A DNA stretch of 64,000 nucleotides from Coleofasciculus chthonoplastes F2-STO-03. GTDB taxonomy: Bacteria > Cyanobacteriota > Cyanobacteriia > Cyanobacteriales > Coleofasciculaceae. Numbering within the stretch: position 1 is the first letter of the stretch; each line of letters begins with the position of its first letter. A program made the translations under genes and the position numbers. Shown one piece after another: positions 29,339 through 39,596 of this stretch. The stretch covers positions 1 to 64,000 of the forward strand of contig JAVJWO010000069.1 in assembly GCA_040222015.1 (NCBI GenBank), written 5' to 3'. The notes under the pieces were generated by a model, which saw only the letters and a list, made by a program, of their open reading frames with translations, ran no database searches and was not told where the DNA came from.

Positions 29339-30532
29339 ATGCCCCTATCCCAGCAGTCTAGCCAATCCCGCCCCATATACCTCGACTACCACTCCACCAC
29401 TCCCACTGACCCCAGAGTGGCAAATCAAATGCTACACTACATGACTACCGCCTTTGGTAACGCTAGCAGCATTGACCACACCTATGGGGATGAAGCCGAA
29501 CAAGCCGTCTCCCAAGCCGCAACTCATATCGCTAACTTAATCAGTTCATCCGCCAAACAAATTATCTTCACCTCTGGAGCAACCGAAAGCATTAACCTCG
29601 CCCTGCAAGGATTCGTCAGATTCTACCATAGTAATACCTCAAAAATCCCCCGCTTTGCTGTCTCCCCAGTGGAACATAAAGCCGTTTTAGACACCTGCAA
29701 TACCCTCGCAAAAAAAGGATTCGCCGAAATTATTAATCTCCAGGTTGACTCCAAAGGTAGACTCGACTTTGATTATCTAGAAAATGTCTGTAAAAACGGC
29801 ATTTCCTTGCTGTGTGTTATGGCAGCCAATAACGAAATTGGCACAATTTATCCAATATCAAAAATAGGACAAATTGCCCAAACTTACAGAATTCCTTTCC
29901 TCTGTGATGCATCCCAATCTGTCGGCAAAATCCCGATCAATTTTCAAGACTGGGGGATAACATACCTCGCCATCTCCGCCCATAAACTCTATGGACCAAA
30001 AGGTTCCGGCGCATTAGTGGTGCGAAAAAAATATCCCCTAGAACCGATTCTCTGGGGTGGGGGTCATCAAAAAGGTATGCGATCGGGTACGCTTAATGTT
30101 CCGGGTATTGTCGGTTTAGGCGAAGCCTGTCGCCTGCGTCAGTTAGAAATGACCGAAGATGAAACCGCGATCGCATCCTCTAGAGACAAACTCCAAACCC
30201 TGTTGCAAGACAGCATTCCCGGCGTTGTTATTAATGGCGATACCACGAACCGCCTTGCTGGGAATCTGCATATTTCCATTCCCGATATTCCCAATAGTGC
30301 AGTGATTGCCAGAATCCGTTCCCAACTCGCCATCTCCACAGGTTCCGCCTGTACGTCGGGGGTAGAAACACCCTCTCATGTGCTGCGATCAATCAAGTTA
30401 TCAGATAATTTAATAGAGGGGGCATTGCGTATCGGTTTGGGCAAATTTACCACAGATACAGAAATTAGTCAAGCCGCTGAAATTTTGTCAACAGCCGTTA
30501 GCAAAATTCGTCAAGCTATTGATGGAAATTAA
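29339..30532 (+). CDS. Cysteine desulfurase (IscS/DndA/SspA-like)
   Basis: IYLDYHSTTP, FTSGATES, SAHKLYGPKG, STGSACTSG. Confidence 0.92.
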   Translation: MPLSQQSSQSRPIYLDYHSTTPTDPRVANQMLHYMTTAFGNASSIDHTYGDEAEQAVSQAATHIANLISSSAKQIIFTSGATESINLALQGFVRFYHSNTSKIPRFAVSPVEHKAVLDTCNTLAKKGFAEIINLQVDSKGRLDFDYLENVCKNGISLLCVMAANNEIGTIYPISKIGQIAQTYRIPFLCDASQSVGKIPINFQDWGITYLAISAHKLYGPKGSGALVVRKKYPLEPILWGGGHQKGMRSGTLNVPGIVGLGEACRLRQLEMTEDETAIASSRDKLQTLLQDSIPGVVINGDTTNRLAGNLHISIPDIPNSAVIARIRSQLAISTGSACTSGVETPSHVLRSIKLSDNLIEGALRIGLGKFTTDTEISQAAEILSTAVSKIRQAIDGN

Positions 30533-30544
30533 ACAAAAACCAAG

Positions 30545-30617
30545 CACCATTGTAGAGACGCGCCATGGCGCGTCTCTACATAAATGATGTGTCCTAACCG
30601 CTATGGCGGTTGCTATA
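30545..30617. mobile_element. Partial MITE copy (TGCTATA end, GTAGAGACG hairpin)
   Basis: Reverse-orientation match to 22884-22996. Confidence 0.8.
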
Positions 30618-30626
30618 CTTAGATCA

Positions 30627-33600
30627 CTAACTTGGTAATTCGATCGCGAATTCCGTTCCTTGACCGGGAATCGAATCGCAACGCAACTCACCCCCATGGC
30701 GTTCCACGACAATCTGATAACTGATGGATAACCCTAAACCCGTTCCCTTACCTACAGGTTTGGTGGTAAAGAATGGATCAAATATACGTTGGTCAACCTC
30801 GGTCGGTATTTCTGCACCATTGTTTCCTATATATATTACCACCTTTGAACCACCCTGACTCTCGCTATCCTTAGACCCTTCCTCACCGGAAATCACAGCC
30901 GTGCGAACCCAAATTTTGGGTTCAAAGTCTAGGTCAGTTTCCAGTTTCTCCTCTAGCGCATCAATGGCATTACTGAGGATATTCATAAACACCTGATTAA
31001 GCTGACCTGGATAACATTTAACCTTAGGGAGTTGACGATACTCTTTAATCAAATGAATCTGAGGACGGGACGATTGTTGTTTGAGTCGGTGCTGTAATAA
31101 CATCAGGGTATTATCAATCCCTTCATGAATATCGACCCGCTTATACTCCGCTTCATCTAGACGCGAAAAATTGCGTAAGGATTGCACTATCTTAGTGATG
31201 CGCTTCGCCCCCTCTTGCATCGATGCCAGTAATTTGGGAAAATCGTAAGCAATAAAATCGAGGTCAATGCTATCTAGTTCTGCCGCGATCGCGCTGACAG
31301 GTTCCGGATAGTGCTGTCGATAAAGCTGGACTAAGTGGAGTAGGGTTTGAGCATACTCCGTCGCTGGCTCGATATTCCCATAGATAAAACTGGTGGGATT
31401 ATTAATCTCGTGGGCAATTCCCGCCACCATTTGTCCCAACGACGACATTTTTTCGGCTTGAATCAGTTGGGTTTGGGTGCGTTTTAATTCGTTGAGAGTG
31501 AATTCTAACTCCCGTGTTTTTTCCCGTTCTCGTTCCTCCGCTTGTTTGCGTTCGGTGATATCGGTAATTGAACCAACAGCGCGGACGGAATTACCTAAAT
31601 CGTCCCAATGTGCCTGTCCCCGCACCAACATCCATTTATAGCTCCCATCTTGACAGCGCATCTGATACTCTAGGGAATAATCAGGTGTTTCTCGCTTAAG
31701 ATGGCGCTCAAAGGTGTCCTGAACTAAGGAGACATGATCCGGATGAATATAACTCATCCATTTGTCAAACGTATTGATATTCTCATAGTCATATCCGAGT
31801 ATTTCCAGACAACGGGGCGATAAGAAATGCTCATTGGTAATCAGGTTATAATCCCAAATCCCATCATTATTGCCCTTAAGCGCTAATTGCCAGCGTTCCT
31901 CACTCTTTCTCAGTTTGATTTCTGCCCGTTTGCGATCGGTAATATCTTGCCCAATGCCAATACTGGTGCCATCACTGAGGCGAATATTTGCCCACGAGGT
32001 TTCCAGAATTTGACTGTTTTTAGTCCGCAGGCTAAAATCTTGCCATTTTCCGGAAGCATTGAACATAAAATCCAAAACCTGATGGCGCTCCGTTGGATTG
32101 GGATAACATTGAGTTAACAAATCAATCGTATCTAGTTCTGCTTTCGACCACCCTAAAACCCGTTCCACTTCTCGGTTCACTAATCGAATATGACCCGTGG
32201 CATCATAAAAACAAATCATCACCGGAATATGGTCAAAGATGGTTTGTAGAAGTTCTTTCTGATAGCGGAGTTGATCTTCAGCTTGTTTGCGATCGGTGAT
32301 ATCGCGGGTAGAACCCACCATTCGCACCGGATGTCCGGCGTCATCCCAGAGGGCTTGGGCGCGAGAGTGCAGCCACTTGTAGGTTCCATCCTGACAGCGC
32401 AAACGATACTCGATCGCGTAATGGGGTATTTTTTGGGCTAGGTAATCTTGTAGACTCTGATTCACCAAGGGAATATCATCGGTATGCAGATGGTTTTGCC
32501 ATCCCTGAAAATCCAGTTCAAATTGATCGGTATCGTATTCCAGGATTTCGCGGTAGCGATCAGAAATTAAGGCTTTACCTGTGGTGATATTCCAATCCCA
32601 AATCCCATCCTGATTCCCCTGAAGCGCTAATTGCCAACGTTCTTCACTTTCCCGGAGGGCGGCTTCAGCTTGTTTGCGATCGCTAATATCGGTGGCTGTG
32701 CCTAAAATTTGCTCCGGCTTCCCCTCTTGGTTCCAGGTAAAGACTGTCTCCCGACTAGACAGCCAGCGCCATTCCCCATTTTTGTGCTTAATTCGATATT
32801 CTAAATCAAACACCTGGTCAGTTTGGGCGATTTCCAAGTGCTGAAAATGGTGAAGAATTCCCGGTAAATCATCGGGGTGCATCAGCGTCACCAGAATATC
32901 ATCCTCCATCTGGATCACGTCTTCCGGTGTATAGCCAAGTAGGTTCTGGATTTTGCGATTAAAGTAAAGAATCTGCTTATTGATGCGGTCATAAATATAC
33001 AAGATACTGGGATTTGCCTGAGTAATCGCCCGCAGCAACCGTTGGTTTCCTTGCAGGGCTTCTTCAATCTGTTTTCGCTCGCTAATATCTTGCATTTGAG
33101 CAAGAGCATACAACGGGTTACCATGACTATCTCGCACCAGAGAAACGCTCAAGATAATCCAGATACTATGTCCCTGTTTATGAATATATCGCTTTTCTAA
33201 ATGGTAGTAACGAATTTCACCGTTGAGAAGTTGACGGGTATAATCACGTTCCGCTTCTAGATCACTAGGATGGGTGATTTCTGGGCAATTCTTGGCTAAT
33301 AATTCTGCTTCGGAATAGCCAACCATTTCACACAAGTAACGATTCGCTTTCAGGAAATAACCATCGAGGGCGACTAACGCCATCCCACTAGCCGCGTAAT
33401 TAAACGCCTTACGGAAACAGTCTTCACTCTCTCGCAGTTCAGCTTCCATCCGTTTGCGATCGCTAATATCCCGCGCCACCCAGACAACCGAGTGTTCCGC
33501 GATCGGGGAAATACTGGCACTAAACCAAACCTCTTGCCCCTGTAGCCAAAGACAGTAATCTAGAGTCAGCGTTTGTTGAGTTGCGATCGCCTGTTGAATC

Positions 33601-34844
33601 GTTTCTACCCATACTGAATCCGTTTCTGTGGGATCTCCTAACAATCGCTGGATTATCTGATCTATAAATGTTCCATCCTCATACAGACAACTTGAAGACG
33701 TGGGAATAACTTCAATCTCTTGAATCTGGTGATCATGAGTATTAATAACCAGGACGATATCCGTCATTGCCTCAAATACAGCCCGGATCTTGGCTTCAGA
33801 GGATTGAAATTTCGCTTGCAGTAATTCACGCTTACTAATTTCCTGTCGCAGTTGCTGATTTAACTGGCGTAATTGATAGGTTTGCTGATCTAACAAATGT
33901 TCTAAGGTATCCACGGTTTGATAGATATCAATGGGATTAATCGTGTTCAGGATCTGCGTCTGAGTAATTAAACCCACCAATTCTCCGGCTTCACTCGACA
34001 CAACTAACCGTCGCACGCGATGCTGCTGCATGAGTTGATGGGCTGTCCAAATCGAGTCAGTCGGTTGAATGAGTAATAAAGGCGTACTCATTACGGTGCT
34101 AACGGGGATGTTCCCCAGATCCAATCCCAAGTTGCCAAACTGGACAATATCTCGTTCGGTGACAATACCCACTGGGCGAAGCAAGTTTTGATTGTGTAGG
34201 GGCGGGTTTAGGGAATTTGGTTGCGCTATTGATGGTAACGTTTCTGCAAAACCCGCCCTGACTGAATTTTGCGTTGAAACAGGGAACTCAGCCTCCTCAA
34301 CAATCACCACACAACTGACTCGCTGTGCATTCATCACTTGTGCCAATTCCAGAATAGAAATGTCCATGGCGTGAATCACACGGGTAGCCATCACCTCAGA
34401 GACTTTTTTGTGGTTAAGTAAATCAACGGGTTGGAGAACATGGCGAATCGTTTGCGGGGTGATTACACCGATTAAATTTCCCGTCTCTCCCACCACCGGA
34501 AGATGACGAATTTTATATTGACGCAATCGATTAATCACGGTAACAATATTTTGGGCTTCAGTTTCGGTGATCGTCATCACTGAAGTCGTCATTACCGACG
34601 CTAGAGATAAGGTTCGCCAGTCAACACCGGAAGCAATTAGTTGTACGGTATCTCGTTCCGTAAAAATACCTACAACCGGATTATTCGGTTGATGATTTGC
34701 TAGTACAAGTAGACAACTGCTGTGAGTCTGAGTCATCCGCGCCAAAGCCTCCTCCACCGAGATATCGGGTGTCGCGGTGAGAGGATAGCGATTGATCGCT
34801 AAACCATTGTTATGATTCAGTTTAAAAGCAGTAGCAATGCTCAT
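30627..34844 (-). CDS. CBS-CBS / multi-PAS sensor histidine kinase
   Basis: GIFTERD CBS pairs, repeated PAS/PAC (DISDRK), AHEINNP H-box, FTTKPVGKGTGLGL. Confidence 0.93.
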   Translation of the reverse strand: MSIATAFKLNHNNGLAINRYPLTATPDISVEEALARMTQTHSSCLLVLANHQPNNPVVGIFTERDTVQLIASGVDWRTLSLASVMTTSVMTITETEAQNIVTVINRLRQYKIRHLPVVGETGNLIGVITPQTIRHVLQPVDLLNHKKVSEVMATRVIHAMDISILELAQVMNAQRVSCVVIVEEAEFPVSTQNSVRAGFAETLPSIAQPNSLNPPLHNQNLLRPVGIVTERDIVQFGNLGLDLGNIPVSTVMSTPLLLIQPTDSIWTAHQLMQQHRVRRLVVSSEAGELVGLITQTQILNTINPIDIYQTVDTLEHLLDQQTYQLRQLNQQLRQEISKRELLQAKFQSSEAKIRAVFEAMTDIVLVINTHDHQIQEIEVIPTSSSCLYEDGTFIDQIIQRLLGDPTETDSVWVETIQQAIATQQTLTLDYCLWLQGQEVWFSASISPIAEHSVVWVARDISDRKRMEAELRESEDCFRKAFNYAASGMALVALDGYFLKANRYLCEMVGYSEAELLAKNCPEITHPSDLEAERDYTRQLLNGEIRYYHLEKRYIHKQGHSIWIILSVSLVRDSHGNPLYALAQMQDISERKQIEEALQGNQRLLRAITQANPSILYIYDRINKQILYFNRKIQNLLGYTPEDVIQMEDDILVTLMHPDDLPGILHHFQHLEIAQTDQVFDLEYRIKHKNGEWRWLSSRETVFTWNQEGKPEQILGTATDISDRKQAEAALRESEERWQLALQGNQDGIWDWNITTGKALISDRYREILEYDTDQFELDFQGWQNHLHTDDIPLVNQSLQDYLAQKIPHYAIEYRLRCQDGTYKWLHSRAQALWDDAGHPVRMVGSTRDITDRKQAEDQLRYQKELLQTIFDHIPVMICFYDATGHIRLVNREVERVLGWSKAELDTIDLLTQCYPNPTERHQVLDFMFNASGKWQDFSLRTKNSQILETSWANIRLSDGTSIGIGQDITDRKRAEIKLRKSEERWQLALKGNNDGIWDYNLITNEHFLSPRCLEILGYDYENINTFDKWMSYIHPDHVSLVQDTFERHLKRETPDYSLEYQMRCQDGSYKWMLVRGQAHWDDLGNSVRAVGSITDITERKQAEEREREKTRELEFTLNELKRTQTQLIQAEKMSSLGQMVAGIAHEINNPTSFIYGNIEPATEYAQTLLHLVQLYRQHYPEPVSAIAAELDSIDLDFIAYDFPKLLASMQEGAKRITKIVQSLRNFSRLDEAEYKRVDIHEGIDNTLMLLQHRLKQQSSRPQIHLIKEYRQLPKVKCYPGQLNQVFMNILSNAIDALEEKLETDLDFEPKIWVRTAVISGEEGSKDSESQGGSKVVIYIGNNGAEIPTEVDQRIFDPFFTTKPVGKGTGLGLSISYQIVVERHGGELRCDSIPGQGTEFAIELPS

Positions 34845-35085
34845 GGAGAAGCGCTCCTGAAACCAACGGTTTTTCTGTCTTCCTATTTAATTCAAGATTT
34901 CTAGACTTGTTTCAGGGTTTTATCTAATTTTTTCTTTCGATACTTCATACTGGCTGGCTGGGGCGATGATTTTTTTCTGCGATCGCCACGAAATGACTTA
35001 GGATTAAACCTGTCAAGTCCAATGAGTAAACCTTAAGTATAGACGACTTTTGGGGATATCTCTATTTTTTGGTCAGAGAAATACT

Positions 35086-36294
35086 ATGGAACGCTTAATT
35101 TCTGCCTTAGGGCTGCTGGTATTCATCGGCTTAGGTTACGTTTTATCCGTCAATCGGCGGGCGATTCGCTGGCAACCTGTATTATGGGGTATTGCCTTGC
35201 AGTTAATTCTGGCGGTGTTAATTCTCAGGACAGCACCAGGGTTGGTTGTCTTTAAGTTTTTAGGGCAGTTAGTGACTCAGTTTCTGGATTTCTCTGATGC
35301 TGGGGCAAAGTTTGTCTTGGGTGAAAATTTAGAGGAACGTTTCATTGCGTTCAAAGTCTTACCGACGATTATCTTTTTCTCGTCTTTCATCACGATTCTT
35401 TATCACTATAAAATTTTGCCGCAGGTGGTTAAGGCAGTCGCTTGGGTAATGTTCAAAACCTTGAAAACATCGGGCGCAGAAACCCTGAGTGCAGCAGCGA
35501 ATATCTTTGTCGGTTCAACGGAAGCCCCGCTATTAGTCAAACCGTATGTATCCACAATGACGCTTTCTGAGTTGCACGCGGTAATGACAGGAGGATTTGC
35601 CACCGTAGCTGGGGGTGTCTTGGCGGCTTATATTTCCTTTGGAATTCCCGCCGAACACCTCATCGCTGCTTCGGTGATGTCTGCACCAGCCGCTTTAGCC
35701 ATTTCTAAACTCTTGTATCCGGAAACAGAATACTCGAAAACCGCCGGTAAAATTACCCTGGAGGTAAAGCCGACAACGGTTAATGGGATTGATGCGGCGG
35801 CGACAGGGGCGCTGGATGGGTTGAAATTAGCCGCCAATGTAGCGGCGATGTTGATTGCATTCTTGGGACTGTTAGCTATGGTGAACGGTATTCTGGGGTG
35901 GTTGGGTGGATTAGTGGGATTACCACAGCTCACGCTAGAATCAATTTTAGCGATTATTTTGGCTCCCGTGGCGTGGTTGATGGGCGTTCCTTGGTCAGAC
36001 TGTGGTCAGGTAGCGGTTTTGTTAGGAAAAAAGACGATTTTGAGTGAGTTTATTGCTTATCTGGATCTTAAAGCATTGATTGAACAATCTCAGTTATCAG
36101 AACGGTCGATTATTATTGCTACTTACGCTTTGTGTGGCTTTTCCAATATCGGTTCAATTGGAATTCAACTGGGTGGAATTGGCGGAATCGCACCGAATCG
36201 GCAACCTGATTTAGCAAGATTAGGGGTGAGAGCTTTAATTGGGGGAACACTCGCTTGTTTTATGACCGCTTGTATTGCTGGAATGTTACTCTAG
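35086..36294 (+). CDS. NupC/CNT nucleoside transporter
   Basis: FKVLPTIIFFS, GGFATVAGGV, YALCGFSN. Confidence 0.92.
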   Translation: MERLISALGLLVFIGLGYVLSVNRRAIRWQPVLWGIALQLILAVLILRTAPGLVVFKFLGQLVTQFLDFSDAGAKFVLGENLEERFIAFKVLPTIIFFSSFITILYHYKILPQVVKAVAWVMFKTLKTSGAETLSAAANIFVGSTEAPLLVKPYVSTMTLSELHAVMTGGFATVAGGVLAAYISFGIPAEHLIAASVMSAPAALAISKLLYPETEYSKTAGKITLEVKPTTVNGIDAAATGALDGLKLAANVAAMLIAFLGLLAMVNGILGWLGGLVGLPQLTLESILAIILAPVAWLMGVPWSDCGQVAVLLGKKTILSEFIAYLDLKALIEQSQLSERSIIIATYALCGFSNIGSIGIQLGGIGGIAPNRQPDLARLGVRALIGGTLACFMTACIAGMLL

Positions 36295-36326
36295 AAACTA
36301 GAAAATAACCTGGCACGTCTTTCCTT

Positions 36327-36455
36327 AAAACCTGCCCTACCCACCAATAATTGAATAAGCCACTGTAGGGGCGGATTTAGAGAAAATTTGTAGGGGCGGG
36401 TTTAGGGACTAAATTCGGATATTCACCGATAAATGAACAACAAAACCCGCCCTCC
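36327..36455. repeat. REP-like cluster (GTAGGGGCGGGTTT...AAACCCGCCCT)
   Basis: Same family as the in-gene copy at 34196-34262. Confidence 0.75.
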
Positions 36456-36488
36456 TCACCGATAATTGAACAAAACGATTTAACAGCT

Positions 36489-36836
36489 ATGTCTAAACGC
36501 AAATCCTCTAACTCCTCCCAAAAGCGCGTAGCTTACCAAGAATTTGGTAGTAATTCTGCGGCTACGGAACGGGCGGTTCAAGAACTTCCGCCCAATCAGC
36601 AAAACTTGCGCGTTCAAGCCTCTCGCAAGGGGCGCAAGGGGAAAACTGTTACGGTGATTAGTGGTTTTCAATGTAAGCCAGATACCTTAACTCAACTTCT
36701 CAAACAGCTTAAAACTAAATGTGGTAGTGGTGGTACGGTTAAAGATGATACCTTAGAAATTCAAGGGGATCATGCTCAAAAAATGCTGGAAATTTTGACG
36801 CAGTTGGGGTATAAAGCCAAAATTAGTGGCGGTTAG
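36489..36836 (+). CDS. SUI1/YciH translation initiation factor
   Basis: RKGRKGKTVTVI, LKTKCGSGGTVK, IQGDH. Confidence 0.92.
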   Translation: MSKRKSSNSSQKRVAYQEFGSNSAATERAVQELPPNQQNLRVQASRKGRKGKTVTVISGFQCKPDTLTQLLKQLKTKCGSGGTVKDDTLEIQGDHAQKMLEILTQLGYKAKISGG

Positions 36837-36942
36837 CGCCTTTTGAAAAATGTTGTAGTCAGTGTATCTAATTCGGTGTGGGCGCAAGCCTTGCGCCCCT
36901 ACATTTGCTATACTATGGAAAACCTTTTATAACAAAACTACG

Positions 36943-37509
36943 ATGATTGCTTCTCCTCGACATCCTTATCTTACACCTGACCAATACCTGAAAATGGAGG
37001 AACAGAGTCCGATAAAACATGAATATATTGATGGGCAAATCTATGCTATGGCGGGAGCAAGTGACCCTCATGTTACGATTGCTGGAAACCTTTTTGCTCT
37101 ACTCCGTAGTCATGTTCGAGGTTCGGGTTGTCGAGTCTATATTTCCGATATGAAAGCCCGCATAGAATCGTTAAATCGGTTCTATTATCCTGATGTTATG
37201 GTCACTTGTGACCCACTGGATCAAGAAACCTCGACTTATAAACGATTTCCGACTCTGATTGTCGAAGTTTTATCGGATTCGACTGAAGCGTTTGACCGAG
37301 GTGATAAATTTGCTGACTATCAGGAATTGGAAAGTCTCCGTGAATATGTATTAATTAATACCAAACGGCAACGAGTTGATTGCTTCCGCCGCAATGATGA
37401 AGGGCTATGGGTGTTGCAGTTTTATACTCCTATACAGCAAGAATTTAAACTCGAAAGTATTGGTTTTACAGGAGAGTTGGTAGCGCTTTATGAAGATGTA
37501 GATTTTTAA
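36943..37509 (+). CDS. Uma2-family protein
   Basis: KHEYIDGQIYAMAG, YYPDVMV, VEVLSDST..FDRGDKF. Confidence 0.9.
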   Translation: MIASPRHPYLTPDQYLKMEEQSPIKHEYIDGQIYAMAGASDPHVTIAGNLFALLRSHVRGSGCRVYISDMKARIESLNRFYYPDVMVTCDPLDQETSTYKRFPTLIVEVLSDSTEAFDRGDKFADYQELESLREYVLINTKRQRVDCFRRNDEGLWVLQFYTPIQQEFKLESIGFTGELVALYEDVDF

Positions 37510-37579
37510 TGGAAATTTTAGTGTTGGGTAAGTCAGATTATTACTATACATTTCTATTTTCAACACAGCTTAACTACGA

Positions 37580-38383
37580 TTAGTAATTCTTGATAAATAA
37601 CTCACTCCCTTTTGCTGCACTCTTTTTTTTATAATTATTCATACCGTACTGGAGTTTCCATTCGACTATTTCCGCAAAACTGAATAGTTTCCTAATTTCA
37701 GGTGAGTCATCATAGGTGATTAACCATCTATAATTGCACTTTTGCATAATATTAGCAAATCGCTGATGATCAAACGAAGTATGTAAATTACCTCTAACAC
37801 CATATAACTTAGACTTTTGTGCTTGATAGTAAGGCGGATCAAGAAATATAAATACATTTTCACCGTCTTGAAAAATTAACTTTTCATAATCTCCATGGGT
37901 AATCGTTACGGATGAAAGAAATGGGGCTACATTAATTAGTCTATCTATAGAAGACTCTGTGAATCTCTGTTCAAAAGCTTTTTGAGAATATCCTCCTGAA
38001 TCTACTGTTCCTGAAAAGGTAATTCTATTCAATATGAAAAATCTAGAAGCCAATTCTAGCTCAGATAGATGAGTTTTTTTTGCTTTCAATAAGTTGTACA
38101 ATTCTCTACCATTTGGATAGATGTATCGAAGCTCTTTTATATTTTTTACAAGTTCTTCGTTATTGATTTTTGCCATCTTCCAGAAGCAGTATAAATCATG
38201 ATTTAAATCATTGATCCAATAACGTATAGGAAATAATATCCTACTATTTTCTAAGCCTAGGAATACAGAACCTCCTCCGACAAATGGTTCTCTAAATTCT
38301 TGAATGTCCCAAGGTATATGCGGTAATATTTGATCCAATGCCTTGGACTTGCCGCCGGGATATCGTAGGGGACTTTTGCTCAT
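37580..38383 (-). CDS. Dam-like (alpha class) N6-adenine DNA methyltransferase
   Basis: SPLRYPGGKS, EPFVGGGSV, FLDPPY. Confidence 0.92.
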   Translation of the reverse strand: MSKSPLRYPGGKSKALDQILPHIPWDIQEFREPFVGGGSVFLGLENSRILFPIRYWINDLNHDLYCFWKMAKINNEELVKNIKELRYIYPNGRELYNLLKAKKTHLSELELASRFFILNRITFSGTVDSGGYSQKAFEQRFTESSIDRLINVAPFLSSVTITHGDYEKLIFQDGENVFIFLDPPYYQAQKSKLYGVRGNLHTSFDHQRFANIMQKCNYRWLITYDDSPEIRKLFSFAEIVEWKLQYGMNNYKKKSAAKGSELFIKNY

Positions 38384-38384
38384 T

Positions 38385-39512
38385 TTAATTTGCCGAGGTT
38401 ATTAATATGGACAGCTTATGATTTACAGTACACTCTTGAGCAAGTGTCATAATAGTCTGTGACTGTATACGACTAAATCGATTTCTTTTACAAAATTCTC
38501 CGATGAGAGCATCATCTGCTGGCAGTGATAAAGAACCAACTATCTGTCCTGTTATTTTGAGGCAGACGATAAAGCTGATTTCGCATTCGTCAAGTAATAG
38601 TCTTTCTAGATTAGCGAACAGTATTAGTTTAAATAATCCATCTTTAATGTCAGCTTTTGCTGGAAATTTTCGGCTAGTATTTTTTGATTCTTGTAGAATG
38701 TAAGTATCGTATTCTTGGTAAACTTCATCAACGGTGAGGTAGTACTCTCCTCCTAAATAATTAGAAATTTCAAATATTCCCTTGTCTCCGTCTGCCAAAT
38801 ATTCTAACGCATGACTTGTAATAACTTCTCGTTGAGCGGCTTTTAGAGAATTCGGTAAAGTATATTGTTTAAAATTTTCTAAACTAAAATAATTGTTTAC
38901 ATTAAACTGTTCGAGAACATTCAGTTGAAGAGCTCTAGGATGGACTGCAACGCCCTGATGTTGAGAAATAGTTTGATAACTATCTACTGCACGTCTATAT
39001 ACCTTGTTAAACTCTTGTTGGAAATGGGTCGTGTTCCAGTGTAAAGCAGTTAACTGATAGTTGGCTATTTCTTGAATTTTTTCTTTAACGTAATCAGGAT
39101 TGAATTGTTGCTTTGTCAACTTGGCTGAGTTTCCCTTAAGCATTTCTGCTTTTTCATACCAAGCTAATATTATGTATACATTCATTAAGCTCATCCAAGA
39201 AAAGGTGATAAAGTTGATTCGATCATTATCACCTGCCAAGCCCTCATCCTTAATAATTGGAATAATCGTAACTTTTTTGGTATTTAAATAATAAGTATTG
39301 TATATTCTAGCAAAAGGATAAGAGCGAGTTCTTTTCGGTGAAACCCACTTGGAGAATGCCAAGGTATTTTCGGGACTGTCTAATTCAATTATTCCACAGG
39401 CACTTGAGGTATTAATATCAAATGAATTTAGAGGATAAACTTTTAATTTAGAACGTAACTGAGGATTATAGCGAATATCTCTAATAAATCCCTTGAAAAA
39501 TAATGATGTCAT
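38385..39512 (-). CDS. Putative type II restriction endonuclease
   Basis: Abuts the MTase; AT-rich; C-terminal TVDEV...ESK PD-(D/E)XK-like motif. Confidence 0.6.
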   Translation of the reverse strand: MTSLFFKGFIRDIRYNPQLRSKLKVYPLNSFDINTSSACGIIELDSPENTLAFSKWVSPKRTRSYPFARIYNTYYLNTKKVTIIPIIKDEGLAGDNDRINFITFSWMSLMNVYIILAWYEKAEMLKGNSAKLTKQQFNPDYVKEKIQEIANYQLTALHWNTTHFQQEFNKVYRRAVDSYQTISQHQGVAVHPRALQLNVLEQFNVNNYFSLENFKQYTLPNSLKAAQREVITSHALEYLADGDKGIFEISNYLGGEYYLTVDEVYQEYDTYILQESKNTSRKFPAKADIKDGLFKLILFANLERLLLDECEISFIVCLKITGQIVGSLSLPADDALIGEFCKRNRFSRIQSQTIMTLAQECTVNHKLSILITSAN

Positions 39513-39596
39513 AATTAAAGTAAATGTCGCTTAATTGAGCGTTTATAGTGAGTGTTTTAACGATGAGGGCGAAGACAGCGCAACGACGAACCTAGT

